From Anthoceros angustus (Eukaryota; Plantae; Anthocerotophyta): a DNA stretch of 64,000 bases. Under the pieces are notes generated by a model. It was given only the letters and a program-made list of their open reading frames with translations. It was not told the origin of the DNA and did no database searches. The stretch is from positions 186,001 through 250,000 of the forward strand of contig MU008160.1 in assembly GCA_010909165.1 (NCBI GenBank), given 5' to 3'. Within the stretch, counting starts at the first letter, position 1. Every line of letters begins with the position of its first letter. The position numbers and the translations under genes are program-made. Positions 13,151 through 25,048 of this stretch are shown in pieces.

Positions 13151-16100
13151 CAAGGAAGTTGCTCATGAGCCCTTTAACTTGATCCTTGTCCCTGAATGAG
13201 CCTTCTCACAGCCGTCACCCTTCATTGTGGATGTGCTCGCACTTGTATGCAAATCATGAACAAGAAACCACACACAACACAAAACGACCGTACATGGGCA
13301 ATGGCACAACACACCACATGCATAACAAAGCCACACACTACGAGACAAAGACACACACAACCCGCATGCAACAGACATACGGAGTCTCCACTGAGAACCC
13401 GCTACCACGTATAAAGACACACACCATGTAGACAAAGACACACCACAAGACACCACATGATAAGACACACCACACCACACATAACCCGCATGCAACCTGC
13501 ACATACTGAGTCCGCGACATGGAACCCACCACACCACAAACACCTTCAAAGATGCTCCAAATTTCGCCATAGTGAAGGTGCTAACAGACAACACACTCAA
13601 GACGCTGTCACACCACACCGTAGCCACAACCCTTATGCCACACCACGTTTCGTGCCACACCACACATACTCAGAGCCACAACCCTCATGCCACAACAACT
13701 TCCTCGCTCACCCTAGACACTCAAGAAATCGGCGTTCAAGCCGGAAATTTGAACTCGACACCACCTGATGCCCTCTCCATCGCCCCTTGCAATGAAAGCA
13801 GAGCCCAGTAGGGAGATGTTCCTCCTTCTACATCCTCGGGAGCCGCTTCCTACACACAAAATCGGCCTTGCCCCGAGCATCGATTGCGGACGGCCAAAAA
13901 GAACCCACCTTGTCTTGCTTCCAGCTTGGCATCCCTCCTTCGCTGCCTGCTCAGGGCGACGCATTGTGTGGACGGGTTGTGACGCCAAAACTTGCGTCCA
14001 AACTTGCTTGAGCACTTTCACAGAATCGAAGCTCCCGTGACTTGACCGCTTCACTCCCCTTAGTGATGATGGGCATCAGTGTCATCATTCCCATGGCCAT
14101 AGTCACGGAGTACAAATGCTGCTTGAATATAATGTCGCATAAATCGCATATATAGTGAATATATTGTCTCGCACATAAATCGCATATATAGACGAAAATG
14201 TTACTTGGGAATATATGAGATTCTGTGTCGTTTGGGTCACTTACGCTTTCAACACTTAAGATGGTACACCAAAGTATACATTGACCCTTGCTAGAGAAGA
14301 TGGTGCATCTTGGAGAGCAAGATGGTGTCGTCGGTTCAAGGACCATATGATGCACCCTAGTTGACATTGTTGAGGATGGGGAGCTTGAGCTTGTTGGCCA
14401 ACGCTGAACATTGTAAAGCCTAGCATTTAGAACTGAGACATCAGCTGATTAGCCTTCCCGAACCGTTGGTGATATGGTCACGCAAGTCGGTCTGGCTAGC
14501 CCGATGCTCATTACCTGCAAGCCGCGATTCTAACATCACGTCAGCCTTGGATGCCCACGCAGCTGTTGAGGAGGTCTTCCACCGCCTCATCCACGTCCAA
14601 GGCATCCACTATGGCCAAAAACTCCTTTCCAACGGCGCACCGGTGCCCTTACCTTGGGACTCGTCATCAACCACTTCTTCGAAGACGGCGCAATGCACTC
14701 CAACTCCTGCAATCGGTCCACGACGGTAACACTTTTCCTCCTCATACCCTTTGATGTCGACTCCAGCTAGCTCCTCCACCTTGACAATGGACCTTTTCAA
14801 GACCATACAACCCTTGCAGTTGGGTCCCTAAGTGATTCACCAATGCACGTTGCTCGAAGATCAGTGTATCCTCCACCGCAATTGGATCACCCGATCCAAT
14901 CTTCCATCTCTTGTAGGCTTTACGAATGTCAAATGCAACCTCCCTAATCTGCTTCTCCTCCCTTAGGAGGCCTCTCAGGTGTTGGCGTCGCTTCCGTGGC
15001 CCCGACCCCAACGCGATTGCAATTATCACCTCCTCTGCCCACGAGCTAGGCGTTGATGAAGCTCTTGCGATTCGGTCTTTGAGCCGAGATTCCTTCACCG
15101 TTACGACACAACTTTGGGTTGTGACATAGTGCTCACTATACCCACAAACCACATGACAATTGTAACACATGAGCACGACAAGTGTGCCATGTGCCGATGG
15201 GCTTGCCATGTGCTCACTTGTTGGTGAACAATAGATCACCAAGCTGGTCAAGTTGCCGTCGAGTGACACCGAGGCAGCCTAGTGACACAGTGTCGCCAGC
15301 TCGTGTCACCAAAACAGAGCGCCGCCGCTCACGGGGCATGCCGGGACAAGGTGTGCACCAAAATTGAGCAAGCAATGATCATTGACCATGAATTCTATGC
15401 ATCATTCAAGCATACATGACAACTAAACCACTTCCAACAATGGAACAAAAGTCGAATGTGGACTTACCAGTTGCCGAGGGTCACACCTCACCACCTCAAG
15501 GTCTTGTGTGGACCCTCCTTCGCCAAGCAATCCAAAGATCCTTTGCCTTCCGGAAACGTTTTCTTCCCGTTTTGGCAAGCCTCTCGATGCCCTCAAGCTA
15601 CGTTATTTTTGTCGCTCCAATTCTCGAACACCCTCCGACTTCTCCATTAAGATCCCAAGGCACATCGGGGGAACCTTCTTCTCACCAAGGAGGGCCTCAT
15701 CTGTAGATATTGTGGACAAGGTCGTCACCCTTCTCCATTCCTCATCGCCGCTCTTTATCTGCTTGCTTCCAAATGTATCCATCGTTGGGAGATGGGGTTC
15801 CAAACCAAGATTCGATCACCCCTTTTCCTCCAATCTTGTCTCGCAAAGCTCCCTGTGAGCCTTGTCCCCGACATTGCATCCATCATGCCGTATGTTCCCC
15901 TCGTCATCCTTCCATGTCCAAGCTGTGAGAGGTCGTTTGGGTGATCCCCAAATGGCATCAATCTTGCTCCCCGCCTAGCACTCGTTCCATCCCCGCTTGC
16001 TCCTTCGGGCCACCTCCAGTGGTTGATCTCCGTGAGTGTGCTGCGGATGACCATGGTCGAGGTGTTCCTCTTGTACATCTCCACTACCGGCCTCTCCTCC

Positions 16101-17725
16101 TCATCCTCGGATTCATGGATGGAGGAGTCATCCGCCGCCACCGCAAAACCCCAGATCGCCCAAATTTAGTTAGAAGCTCCCTTAGCTAGACAAAGAATCC
16201 AAGGAAGTTGCTGCAGCCTTTAACTTGATCCTTGTCCCCTCAGTCTTCTCACAGAGCCGTCACCCTTCATTGTGGATGTGCTCGCACTTGTATGCAAATC
16301 ATGAACAAGAAACCACACACAACACAAAACGACTGTACATGGGCAATGGCACAACACACCACATGCATAAAGCCACACACTACGAGACAAAGACACACCA
16401 CACATAACCCGCATGCAACTGACATACGGAGTCTCACTGGAGAACCCGTCACCATACGTATAAAGACACACACCATGTAGACAAAGACACACAACACACC
16501 ACATGATAAGACACACCACACCACACATAACCCGCATGCAACCTGCACATACCGGGAGTCTGGCAGACATGGAACCCGTCACCACACCACAAACACCCTT
16601 CAGCATGCTCCAAATTTCGCCATAGTGAAGGTGCTAACCGCACAACACACTGCGCGTTTTCGTGGCACACCACACCGTAGCCACAACCCTTATGCCACAC
16701 CACGGGTTTCGTGTGCCACACCACACATACTCAGAGCCACAACCCTCATGCCACAACAACTTCCTCGTTCACCCTAGACACTCAAGAAATCGGCGTTCAA
16801 GCTGGAAATTTGAACACGGACACCAGCTGGATGCCCCTCACTCCCCTGCAATGAAAGCAGAGCCCAGTATGGGAGATGTTCCCTCCTTCTACATCCTCGG
16901 GGAGCTGCTTCCTACACACAAAATCGGATTACGCCTTGCCCCGGAGCATCGATTGCGAGCGGACGGCCAAAAAAGAACCCACCTTGCTGTCTTGCTTCCA
17001 GCTTGGGCATCCCTCCCCTTCGCACGCTCCAGACGAGGCGACGCATTGTGTGGGATTTGCCAGCGACGCCAACTTGCGTCCAAACTTGCTTGAGCACTTT
17101 CACAGAATCGAAGCTCCCGTGACTTGCAGTGCTTCACTCCCCTTAGGCGTGATGACGCAGCGCTGTCATTCCCATGGCCATAGTCACGGAGTACAAGCTG
17201 CGTTTGAATATAATGTCGCATAAATCGCATATATAGTGAATATATTGTCTCGCACATAAATCGCATATATAGACGAAAATGTTACTTGGGAATATATGAG
17301 ATTCGGGTGTCGTTTGGGTCACTTACGTTTTCAACACTTAAGATGGTACACCAAAGCGTACATTGACCCCTTGCTAGAGAGAAAGATGGTGCATACTGGA
17401 GAGCAAGATGGTACGTACTGGTTCAAGACGGCCATATGATGCACCCTAGTTGACATTGTTGAGGATGGGGAGCTTGAGCTTGTTGGCCAACGCTGAACAT
17501 TGTAAAGCCTAGCATTTAGAACTGAGACATCAGCTGATTAGCCTTCCCGAACCGTTGGTGATATGGTCACGCAAGTCACCGCTAGCCCGGCCGCATCGGC
17601 GCTCGCGATTCTAACATCACGTTCAGCTTGGACGATGCCCACGCCCCGCAGGCTGTTGAGGAGGTCTTCCACCTGCCTCTCATCCACGTCCAAGGCATCC
17701 ACTATGGCCAAAAACTCCCTTTCCA
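11574..17725. repeat. Tandem duplication, ~3.05-kb unit (11574-14623 / 14624-17725)
   Basis: ggtgcccttaccttgggactcgtcatcaacc at ~11595 and ~14642; junction microhomology CCTTTCCAA. Confidence 0.92.
13260..13700. repeat. CAC/ACA-rich low-complexity region with internal direct repeats (copy at ~16305-16760)
   Basis: Repeated acacaccacac and aacccgcatgcaac units. Confidence 0.7.
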
Positions 17726-17898
17726 ATCCATGCAGAATTCCGCGGAACTCCTGCTATCCTGTCGTGCCCGGCGCCGCTCCTGCTCTTGGTCTCCACTGAT
17801 CAAGAAAAGGCTCTGCATTGGACAATGCAGAGTACTTGTAAGCTAGATGGCCACGCCGAATTGCGTATGAACTAGAACAATAGCTCAAGCTCAATACA

Positions 17899-18091
17899 TA
17901 CCCTGGAGTCTTTGTGGTATATATCATAATGCCCAAATATCTGTAAGTGTCAATTGCCTGAAATGGCAATCCTTAGAAACAAGAAGGGTCTCGACATACC
18001 CTGGAGTCTTTGTGGTATATATCATAATGCCCAAATATCTGTAAGTGTCAATTGCCTGAAATGGCAATCCTTAGAAACAAGAAGGGTCTCG
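17899..18091. repeat. ~97-bp tandem duplication inside the LINE remnant
   Basis: taccctggagtctttgtggtatat...gaagggtctcga is present twice back-to-back, but only once at 1838-1931. Confidence 0.9.
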
Positions 18092-18417
18092 AATTCTAGT
18101 TAGCAGTGTTAATCCTTATTGAGAAGGCTTGTATCTAGGGTCACATGAAAGTAACATTAGAGTAAACACTGCTCTAATAATACCAATAAAATTTAAAAAT
18201 AACCTGTTTATGTTTTTCATTGTAAAGAAAACATGACATCGAAAATAGTTTAATATTTGTAACCACCATCGAGGCTGCATCACATTTCAATAGTATATAT
18301 GTGTGGAGCACTTCACTTTATTCACTTGTAACTTGTATGTTTCATTCTTTTGCACATCAGAGTTTTTTGGAATACTTTTCTAGTGTAAAAGATATGCACA
18401 TGTTCGATGGTAATGCC

Positions 18418-18986
18418 ATGACCGTTATGGCCATCATAAAGGTCATTCATTTGAGATACTTTCATTAGATGTCACCTTGGAAAAGCTAGTGAAAGTCATG
18501 GTGATGATTTCAAGTTTTTCCTTGTTCAAGAATCGCAACTAATCTTGCAATATTTTGTTGATCGTAAGTTTTGATTCGACATCTGCTTTATCATTTCATC
18601 TAGTTTCAAGTACTTGTGTACATACTCACACCTCTGTTTATTTTCTTTCTTTTCTCAAAAATAGCACAAAGTCGGTACAACAACACAAATGACGGAGAAG
18701 TTTCGGCATTTGGGCGAGGAGATGAGACTATCCGAAGGATGGATTGAATTGTGGGAAGACCGTCAATATGTGCCGGATCCAACATGACGGATCGGGGCCC
18801 GTCGATGGAAAAATTTGCATCGACACAACAATCGAAGTCCCAATCATCGATCAAATGCCAGCCGACGGTGACTATCATAGTGCCAACTTGATTCTCTCTT
18901 TGGACGTATGGACCTTCATCTACGGAGATGACAAGTACTGGGAGGTTCCTAAAACGATGTACATTTACGAGGTACCAAAAGCTTAG
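18418..18986 (+). pseudogene. Frameshifted copy of the EG45-like gene at 2258-2855 (or an error-laden assembled copy)
   Basis: Near-identical to 2258-2855 with multiple small deletions; ORF 18744-18986 retains the C-terminal half. Confidence 0.7.
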
Positions 18987-20036
18987 ACAGCTGATGGAAG
19001 ACAAAATGGATTCTCATAGATGAAATATATATTGATGTCTCCTAAATAAATATAAATATATTTTGAACCTTTCTTCTAAAATGTTGTACTACTTCTCGGT
19101 AGCTTAGGAAATTGGCACTTCCTCCCCAAGCAGGGAAGAGTCGAGTCTTGCCATCCTTCCGAGAAAAGGCGACACCCGGACAGCACACACTTATGCTACA
19201 ACACACGTAGTACAGGGCGCCCAAGTTCGACGTGCTGACGCGCCACAGATCATCCCATCCACACGCCTCGGCATCAAGTGCTGACGTGGGGTAGCCGCCA
19301 CCACCTTGGCGCCTTGTCAGCCAAAAACGATGACGTAAGCAGCCTTGGCGCGAAGAAAGAAAGGGAACGCGTGCGTGTTGACTGACCCTCCCGATACGCG
19401 CGGATTGCGTGGCAGACCCGAGCCCACGTCACGCTGCCAGCGTATCACCCACCCGATTGGCCCATTGCTGGGCGGGTCGCAGCCGCTAGAAAACCGCAGC
19501 CGGGAGCGCCGGTTGCGGGCCGTACCGGATACATACCCGCCTACCAGGGAAGCCTCGACCTGATTGCATCGAGGAGCCGTTATCGACTTGCCTTATATGT
19601 ATAGTGCGCGGTCCACCCACTGTGCGCTGCGTATCCGCAAACCGCACGTCACCCGGGTTGCATTTAACTTCACTTCAACTCCACCCATTTCGCTGCCGCG
19701 GCTGCGGCTGCCCGTGAGTGGCGTCAGCATACGCTTCTCAGATAGGATATACGGTCCGAGACGCATGAGAGCACGAATATACCTGGTCGCTGCGCCCTGG
19801 CTGCTGCAGACATTGCATGCCTGTTCCCTCCACACACACAGCATATGCCTCAAAGGCCCGGCCGCCCTCGCCTTCTTCTACCTTCCCTTCCCCTCGTGCT
19901 GGGCTGCGGGAGCTGCAATGAAGCTTGCTCGGGTTGTGTGGAAGGAACTGGAAGCGGATGGCAAGCAGTTTGTGCAACCGTCGTGAAGTCTTGTGCTTGT
20001 GGAATTGGCGTGTTGTAGTTTGATTGTTTTAGTGTT

Positions 20037-20516
20037 GTGTTGTTGATCGGAGGAGGAGGAGGAGGAGGAAGAGGAGGCGGAGGAGGAGGAGGAAGAGGAG
20101 GAGGAGGAGGAGGAGGAGGAGGAGGAGGAGGAAGAAATGTATCCTCTCCAGGGGCTGGAGGGGCCTGGGGTGATGATGGGCGGGGGTGCCTGGGGAGCCG
20201 GTCGTGGATGGTGGCGGCCTCGGTTGCGCTGGTGATGGCGCTGGTGAGCGTGGTGCGGTGCGGGGGTGAAGAACTTCAGCCTGGGCTCACGTGGTGGGGA
20301 GGCACGGGCAGCTGCAGCTCCGGGGTGCAGAGCTTCACGACGCTCTCGGCGGAGGATTCTTCCGGGGTGGGGATCAGCGGCATTTTCTGCGCGGAGCTGG
20401 TGGAACGGGAGGGTGGCGGGGACGGGAGGCCGGCCCTCTGCCCGGGAAGGAGCAGATGGGGTGGAGGATGCCGGGGCGGGGCTCTGCAGCTCGCCATTGT
20501 GAAGAAGTCATGGTGA
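20037..20516 (+). pseudogene. Truncated 5' copy of the WD40 gene created by the 2-kb duplication
   Basis: Near-identical to 22041-22514 and ends at the duplication junction. Confidence 0.7.
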
Positions 20517-21005
20517 TGATTTCAAGTTTTTCCTTGTTCAAGAATCGGCAACTAATCTTGCAATATTTTCGGTTGATCGTAAGTTTTGATCTTGCCGACA
20601 TCCGCTGTTTATCATTTCATCTAGTTTCAAGTAACTTGTACATACTCACACCTCCTTATTTTCTTTCTTTTCTCAAAAATAGCACAAAATTGCTGGTACA
20701 ACAACACAAATGACGGAGAAGTTTCGTGGCATTTGGGCGATGGGAGATGAGACTATCCTGGAAGGATGGATTGAATTGTGGAAGGCCAATATATTAATAA
20801 TCCAACAATCATGACGGATCGGGGCCGTCGATGGAAAAATTTGCATCGACACAACAATCAAGTCCCAATCATCGATCAAATGCCACCGACGGTGACTATC
20901 ATAGTGCCAACTTGATTCTCTCTTTGGACGTATGGACCTTCATCTACGGAGATGACAATCTGGGAGGTTCCTAAAACGATGTACATTTAGGTACCAAAAG
21001 CTTAG
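20505..21005 (+). pseudogene. 5'-truncated, frameshifted fourth copy of the EG45-like gene
   Basis: Matches ~2338-2855 with indels and lacks the signal peptide. Confidence 0.7.
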
Positions 21006-22040
21006 ACAGCTGATGGAAGACAAAATGGATTCTCATAGATGAAATATATATTGATGTCTCCTAAATAAATATAAATATATTTTGAACCTTTCTTCTAAAA
21101 TGTTGTACTACTTCTCGGTAGCTTAGGAAATTGGCACTTCCTCCCCAAGCAGGAAGAGTCGAGTCTTGCCATCCTTCCGAGAAAAGGCGACACCCGGACA
21201 GCACACACTTACAACACACGTAGTACAGGGCGCCCAAGTTCGACGTGCTGACGCGCCACAGATCATCCCATCCACACGCCTCGGCATCAAGTGCTGACGT
21301 GGGGTAGCCGCCACCACCTTGGCGCCTTGTCAGCCAAAAACGATGACGTAAGCAGCCTTGGCGCGAAGAAAGAAAGGGAACGCGTGCGTGTTGACTGACC
21401 CCTCCCCGATACGCGCGGATTGCGTGGCAGACCCGAGCCCACGTCACGCTGCCAGCGTATCACCCACCCGATTGGCCCATTGCTGGGCGGGTCGCAGCCG
21501 CTGAAAACCGCAGCCGGGAGCGCTGGTTGCGGGCCGTACCGGATACATACCCGCCTACCAGGGAAGCCTCGACCTGATTGCATCGAGGAGCCGTTATCGA
21601 CTTGCCTTATATATGTATAGTGCGCGGTCCACCCACTGTGCGCTGCGTATCCGCAAACCGCACGTCACCCGGGTTGCATTTAACTTCACTCCACCCATTT
21701 CGCTGCCGCGGCTGCCCGTGAGTGGCGTCAGCATACGCTTCTCAGATAGGATATACGGTCCGAGACGCATGAGAGCACGAATATACCTGGTCGCTGCGCC
21801 CTGGCTGCTGCAGACATTGCATGCCTGTTCCCTCCACACACACAGCATATGCCTCAAAGGCCCGGCCGCCCTCGCCTTCTTCTACCTTCCCTTCCCCTCG
21901 TGCTGGGCTGCGGGAGCTGCAATGAAGCTTGCTCGGGTTGTGTGGAAGGAACTGGAAGCGGATGGCAAGCAGTTTGTGCAACCGTCGTGAAGTCTTGTGC
22001 TTGTGGAATTGGCGTGTTGTAGTTTGATTGTTTTAGTGTT

Positions 22041-23827
22041 GTGTTGTTGATCGGAGGAGGAGGAGGAGGAGGAAGAGGAGGCGGAGGAGGAGGAGGAAGA
22101 GGAGGAGGAGGAGGAGGAGGAGGAGGAGGAGGAGGAAGAAATGTATCCTCTCCAGGGGCTGGAGGGGCCTGGGGTGATGATGGGCGGGGGTGCCTGGGGA
22201 GCCGGTCGTGGATGGTGGCGGCCTCGGTTGCGCTGGTGATGGCGCTGGTGAGCGTGGTGCGGTGCGGGGTGAAGAACTTCAGCCTGGGCTCACGTGGTGG
22301 GGAGGCACGGGCAGCTGCAGCTCCGGGGTGCAGAGCTTCACGACGCTCTCGGCGGAGGATTCTTCCGGGGTGGGGATCAGCGGCATTTTCTGCGCGGAGC
22401 TGGTGGAACGGGAGGGTGGCGGGGACGGGAGGCCGGCCCTCTGCCCGGGAAGGAGCAGATGGGGTGGAGGATGCCGGGGGCGGGGCTCTGCAGCTCGCCA
22501 TTGTGAAGAAGTCGCGGGTCATGGGGACCGAGATGAACTTCTTCTTCTTCGGCCAGAGCGAGTGCTGCTTGGATGTGCGGTCGAAGCTGGCGCTGGAGTG
22601 CGACTGGTCGCTCAGTGCGGAATGCGGGGGGAAGGGGAAGGGGGATGTGGATGCGTTTTGGAGGGAGGAGGAGGTGGAGGAGGTGAGGGGGGAGGAAGTT
22701 GAAGCTGTGGTTGCTGAGGAGGAGGAGGAGGAGGAAGAGGAGGAGGTAGGGTTTGGTGTGCGGAACGGAGGTGGTGTTGTGGAGCTAAGCGATGGGGGGA
22801 ATGGATGCTGCAGATTTGCTGTCCCCGAGTGGGCGTGTTCGCTGCTGGAGCCGCTGCAGCTCGGGGCTAAGCTTGGGAGGAGGGTTGTAGAGGCTCCCAG
22901 GAACCGGAAGAGCGTGAAGCTGAAGGAGGAGGAGCTGGATGTGACGGTGCTGAGATTGCAGCTCAGAGCGGAGGTGTTTGGGAAGGTGCAGCTCAGCGAG
23001 CAGCGATGGCGGGACGGGGGAGTTGTGCCTGGTGTGGTGCAGGGGGAGAAGCTCACGGCCACGGCCAGGGATGATGTGGTGCGGATATGGGAAAGTAAGC
23101 ACCATGTGGAGACGCTCTACTTGCCGGAAGGAGATTCTGTCTCGTCCTTGGATGTGGATTGGGGTGCGGGGGTTGCGGCCGTCGGGAGTTCGGCGGGGAT
23201 GATGTCGCTCTGGGACCTGCACAGGGCTGTGCCTACGGCAGGGGCGGGGGCGCATGCGGGCGGGTGGAGGCTCTGCAGTTCTTGCCTGTTTCACAGATTT
23301 GTGTGACGGGAGGAGAGCGGAGGGAAGGGCGTGGAGTGTTAGGGTTGGGGTCCTCTGTCAGTCTGTGGGATCCCAGGATGCTGGCGCAAGGTGCTGCTGC
23401 TGGAGGCTGCGTGGGAGATGCCACGGTGAACGGGCTGCGAGCGAGAGGGCACCAGGTGTTCGTACGGGATGTGCAGGGCTGCATTTCAGGGCTTGACATT
23501 AGGAAGCTTGCGGAATCGCCTGTGGAGCGGATGGACGGAAACGAGTTGAGGAGGGCTAGGGCAGCTTCGTCCTCTGTGCAGCAGTCTTGCTGTCACGAAG
23601 CACGAGAGAGTGAGAGGGAAGGGAAGGCGGGCAGGTTGCAGAAGGAGGAGTCCCGTTGGTGGGATGCCGTGGAATGCTGCTTCAGCGAAGATGACGATGA
23701 AGAAGATGGCTGGCAGGACGGTATTCTTTGTGCATACGAGGAAGGGTCTCCTGTGGGCAAATCGAGCTGGATAGGAAGACTAATTGGAGAGATCAAGTCT
23801 CAATTCCACCTTGGCGTTCCCTCTTGA
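22041..23827 (+). CDS. WD40-repeat protein with N-terminal poly-Gly and acidic tracts; one frameshift at ~23260; true start uncertain
   Basis: WD-like repeats TATARDDVVRIWE, AAVGSSAGMMSLWDL, AHAG|RVEALQF, SVSLWDPR and GCISGLDIR span ORFs 22041-23306 and 23159-23827. One extra G in gcgggcgggtg restores a single frame. Confidence 0.7.
22053..22137 (+). repeat. (GGA)n microsatellite encoding poly-Gly (copy at 20049-20133)
   Basis: Directly visible. Confidence 0.95.
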
Positions 23828-24163
23828 AGATGAGAGGCAACATTGTTTCTGGGGTGCTGAAATGTCATCCTTTGTATATAGATTCGCAGAAATCATTTCA
23901 AGATTTGTAGTCCTTTGATTGTTGGAGTCATCTGGGCTACTCCTGAACGCAGGTTTGGGGTGTGGGCAACCTTGCATATCTATCCACAACCGAAGAAATT
24001 GTAAGATACGCCACAGAGGACCCAAAAAGAGCTCCCAGCAGAATGCTGGATAAGCTCTCAACACAACATTGTCTGTACGTAAAGAAATGAGGATGATGAT
24101 TCTCCGGACAACATCGTCTGTATAAAGAATGAGGATGATTCCTTTGGACGTGCCTTGTACGAT

Positions 24164-25048
24164 TTAGAAATGCTTCTCAATGCGCTTGGCCTTTTCTCCT
24201 GACTTGTGGTCATAGTACTCCACCAGAGCAGAGCCAGCAAGTGCTGCTAACGTCAGTGCCTGCGCATGTAGCCTGTGGGCCATGACAAAAAGCTGCGTGA
24301 GTTGTAACGCTCATATTGGACTGAGGTACAACATGAACACACAGCATCAAGGCTTCTCGCACTGAGAAGAGGAGAAGACGACTGCACCTTGCATGTATGA
24401 TCTTCACGCTTGGTGACATCCCCTTCTGTGAGAAATTGTACGCCAGAGAACTGATCAATCCACCGGCCCACAGAGTTCCTGACATCATAACCATGCAGGT
24501 CAGAAACCCTACAGACCAGCCTAGTCAATCACTCTCAGCAGCATGCATGCAGCGCAATCGGAGATACCCCAGCAAGGCAAGTACCACCAAGTTCGACTGG
24601 GAATCAATCCAGAAAGCTGTCACTCCAGCCACAACCTGCAAAGCAGAGAGAGCATCATCCAGGCTTCAACCAGATACACCTCTCATCAGAGTCTACCACC
24701 CTTCACCACTCTGGCGTGCAATTCAACATCAGTTCAGCGAGACCTCTCACATCGAAGTCTACCACCCTCCACCACTCTGGCGTGCAATTCAACATCAGTT
24801 CAGCGAGACCTCTCATCGAAGTCTACCACCCTCCACCACTCTGGCGTGCAAATCAACATCAGTTCAGCAAGACCCTCGAAACCTTCACAGCTAACATGTA
24901 AACCTCGGATGAATTCCTCCCAAGAAGACAAAACAGCAATGCATGAGATCACCCCACCTACTGCCTGAAGCTTATGCTCAATCAGCCATGATCTCATCGA
25001 ATCGTAGGCAGCACGAGTTCCATTCTCACTCTCCGGCTTGACCGCCAT
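24164..25048 (-). CDS. Hypoxia-induced gene (HIG1) domain protein, 3 exons (25048-24958, 24478-24388, 24272-24164), 96 aa
   Basis: Spliced translation MAVKPE...MRSWLIEHKLQAVG|TLWAGGLISSLAYNFSQKGMSPSVKIIHAR|LHAQALTLAALAGSALVEYYDHKSG matches the plant HIG1 family. GT-AG introns keep the frame. Confidence 0.92.
24681..24873. repeat. Intronic minisatellite, ~65-bp unit x3, in HIG1 intron 1
   Basis: gtctaccaccct(c/t)caccactctggcgtgcaa(t/a)tcaacatcagttcagc occurs three times. Confidence 0.9.

Larger units (their letters stand above)
18493..22514. repeat. Tandem duplication, ~2.01-kb unit (18493-20504 / 20505-22514)
   Basis: Both copies hold the EG45 3' part, a GC-rich promoter region and a (GGA)n tract; junction microhomology AAGTC. 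Confidence 0.92.

Noticed and set aside
20037-21005. WD40 5' part fused to EG45-like 3' part as a chimeric new gene
   Set aside because: At the AAGTC junction the WD40 frame reads KKSW* and stops; the EG45 frame is different and itself frameshifted.
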